DNA of 28,370 bases from assembly GCA_022360135.1 (NCBI GenBank), contig JAKSDM010001206.1:1-28370 (forward strand), written 5' to 3'. Position 1 is the stretch's first letter. Each line of letters begins with the position of its first letter. Under the pieces are notes generated by a model, which saw only the letters and a program-made list of their open reading frames with translations, made no database searches and was not told the DNA's origin. Made by a program: the position numbers and the translations under genes. The DNA is from Pseudanabaenales cyanobacterium (GTDB lineage Bacteria; Cyanobacteriota; Cyanobacteriia; Phormidesmidales; Phormidesmidaceae). Shown piece after piece: positions 26,473 to 28,370 of the stretch.

Positions 26473-27204
26473 ATGGAATCCCCCTGGTTCTACCCTTTCC
26501 CCCCCTTATTTCCCGGCACACTGATCAAGCGTTACAAGCGGTTTTTAGCCGATATTGAACTGGATGCTGGGGAAGTAATTACAGCCCACTGCGCCAATAC
26601 TGGCCCAATGACCGGAGTCTGTTCTGTGGGGAGTCGGGTGCAGGTGTCTCACAATCCCAACCCCAGGCGGAAGCTGGCGTATACCTGGGAGATTGCCGAG
26701 GTCAATGGCGCCAACAAATCTACATGGGTAGGCGTGAATACAGCGCTGCCAAATCGAGTGGTGAAAGCGGCGCTGCAGGCCCGAATTTTTTCAGAATTAG
26801 GACATTTCAGCAATATTCGGACTGAAGCGCCCTATGGTAGTGATAAAAAGAGCCGCATCGATTTTTTACTGACCAGTGAATCAGACGAACTGGCCATTTA
26901 CGTAGAAGTTAAAAATACCACCTGGGCTAAAGGTAGCCTCGCTCTCTTTCCAGATACGGTAACGACGCGAGGCCAGAAACATCTATATGAACTAATGAAT
27001 TTACGCCCGAACGCTAGAGCAGTGATGCTGTATTTCATCAACCGGGGAGACTGCTCTGAATTTTCTCCAGGCGATGAGGCCGATCCGGAGTACGGTAAAC
27101 TGTTGCGGGAGGCGATCGCCCGAGGGGTTGAAATCTTACCCTGCCGCTTTGAAATAACCCCTAGGCAAATTTCTTACCTAGGCTTAGCTAAGTTAACGTA
27201 TTAG
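26473..27204 (+). CDS. sfsA: SfsA-family nuclease
   Basis: KRYKRFLAD, HCANTGPM, SRIDFLL, YVEVKN, FPDTVTTRGQKHL. Confidence 0.92.
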   Translation: MESPWFYPFPPLFPGTLIKRYKRFLADIELDAGEVITAHCANTGPMTGVCSVGSRVQVSHNPNPRRKLAYTWEIAEVNGANKSTWVGVNTALPNRVVKAALQARIFSELGHFSNIRTEAPYGSDKKSRIDFLLTSESDELAIYVEVKNTTWAKGSLALFPDTVTTRGQKHLYELMNLRPNARAVMLYFINRGDCSEFSPGDEADPEYGKLLREAIARGVEILPCRFEITPRQISYLGLAKLTY

Positions 27205-27385
27205 CAAAGTCATCTTGCAGACGGTAGCCCTTGCTTAGCAAATTAAGTGTCCAACCTCTAATCTTTAGAGCCAATGCTTTGCCTCTACTGAGAATCTATA
27301 AAGCTTGTCGAGTAAAGTCAACTGGCTTTTTCCGAGAAAGAGTTGGGTATAGTAAAAAAGATGTTATTAGCCGTTCAAAAAAACT

Positions 27386-28141
27386 ATGGCAGTCAGTCCT
27401 GTTCAGGGAACTGCCCCTTCTACTTCTAAAAGAATTGCAGCACAGGATACTCAAGCACTCAGGCAAGTCTTTGCAGCAATTGAGGCAAATAGCTGTCCAA
27501 GCGCTTATAACTTCCATATGCATACTACCTATTCTGATGGCAGGCTGAAGCCAGATGAGTTAATTAGGCAAGCTATTTCTTTAGAACTCAGGGGATTAGC
27601 CATCACCGATCACCACACTATCCAAGGATATTATCGAGCTAGAGCATGGTTGGAAGATTGGCGATGGCGAAACCCAACTTCGGTTTATAAGGGGGCATTA
27701 TCATCAGATTATCCGCAAAATTCTTCGCCCCATCTCTGGATTGGGGTTGAAATTAACGCCCTATTGTTAGATACAGAAGTCCATATCCTTGGATACGCCT
27801 TCAGTCCTAGCCACCCAGATATCCAACTCTATCTCCAGGGGGTTGCGCCTCAAAAGTATGATCGACAGGCAGAAAAGGTAATTGGGGCCATTCAAACGGC
27901 CGGGGGTATTGCTGTATTGGCCCATCCCGCCCGTTATCGGCGGCCTGCTCTAGACCTTATTCCTGAAGCAGTACGGCTAGGAATAGATGGCGTAGAAACT
28001 TACTACGCTTATGACAACCCATCTATCTGGCGACCTAGTCCACATCAGACTATGGCCATCAAACAATTGGCGGATAGCTATCAGCTCTTAAGTACTTGTG
28101 GAACCGATACCCATGGCTTAAGCCTGAATAAACGGTTATGA
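27386..28141 (+). CDS. PHP-domain metallophosphoesterase
   Basis: FHMHTTYSDG, ITDHHT, GVEI, HILGY, LAHP, GTDTH. Confidence 0.88.
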   Translation: MAVSPVQGTAPSTSKRIAAQDTQALRQVFAAIEANSCPSAYNFHMHTTYSDGRLKPDELIRQAISLELRGLAITDHHTIQGYYRARAWLEDWRWRNPTSVYKGALSSDYPQNSSPHLWIGVEINALLLDTEVHILGYAFSPSHPDIQLYLQGVAPQKYDRQAEKVIGAIQTAGGIAVLAHPARYRRPALDLIPEAVRLGIDGVETYYAYDNPSIWRPSPHQTMAIKQLADSYQLLSTCGTDTHGLSLNKRL

Positions 28142-28156
28142 CGATTACCCGATTGA

Positions 28157-28369
28157 TTAACCATGGGATTGAATCAGACGGGTGCGATCGAGACAACTCT
28201 CAGCATCATAGTTGATGGGGATTTCATATCTTAAGGCTTGATAGGAATCAATCTGAGATAAGTCTTGATTTTCTAAAAACCGCCACAATGACTGGGCTGC
28301 CCAATTGTTCAAAGCGCCATAACCTGTGCTTTTGAGTAACCGAGGATGATCAACAATCCGCCCTTCAGG
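28157..28369 (-). CDS. C-terminal fragment of a probable TonB-C-like protein (enters from window end; not in ORF track)
   Basis: Manual translation: PEGRIVDHPRLLKSTGYGALNNWAAQSLWRFLENQDLSQIDSYQALRYEIPINYDAESCLDRTRLIQSHG*. The STGY..LN..A segment resembles TonB C-terminal domains. Confidence 0.45.
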   Translation of the reverse strand, partial: PEGRIVDHPRLLKSTGYGALNNWAAQSLWRFLENQDLSQIDSYQALRYEIPINYDAESCLDRTRLIQSHG

Positions 28370-28370
28370 A

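Larger units (their letters stand above)
2331..27119. repeat. Dispersed HIP1 octamers (GCGATCGC)
   Basis: Examples at 2331, 3624, 3728, 5177, 6547, 7673, 10744, 10800, 11424, 12850, 21685, 22632, 25578, 25684, 25862, 26138, 27112 (list not exhaustive). Confidence 0.95.

Noticed and set aside
27231-27548. 105-aa + ORF and antisense 75-aa ORF
   Set aside because: They overlap the PHP gene in another frame or strand and have no motifs; likely spurious.

Overview
Cyanobacterial chromosomal segment (chlI, group-1 sigma factor, many HIP1 GCGATCGC octamers). All identifications come from motifs recognised by eye and recalled family knowledge; no database search was run. Accessory left part (1 to ~17.4 kb): the end of a probable IS630-family element, a B12-dependent radical SAM enzyme, a stand-alone fatty acyl-AMP ligase, then an AT-rich block (~4.0-10.1 kb) encoding a CDP-archaeol-synthase-like cytidylyltransferase, a kinase with eukaryotic sphingosine-kinase motifs, a CDP-alcohol transferase closely resembling eukaryotic phosphatidylinositol synthase, a GT4 glycosyltransferase and a sulfotransferase-like protein. 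These are divergent from a DevC-DevA-DevB-type exporter whose ATPase carries two cNMP-binding domains. Next come DUF928, a Cya2-like CHASE2 cyclase with guanylyl-type specificity residues, and a metallo-beta-lactamase-fold hydrolase. Right part: ziaA/ziaR zinc efflux locus with SmtB-type and Zur/Fur-type boxes, then core genes (ruvC, chlI, sigA, deacetylase, pseudo-receiver, thyX, sfsA, PHP, partial TonB-like). The best candidate for an undescribed system is the kinase -> CDP-activation -> inositol-transfer lipid module with tailoring and export genes.
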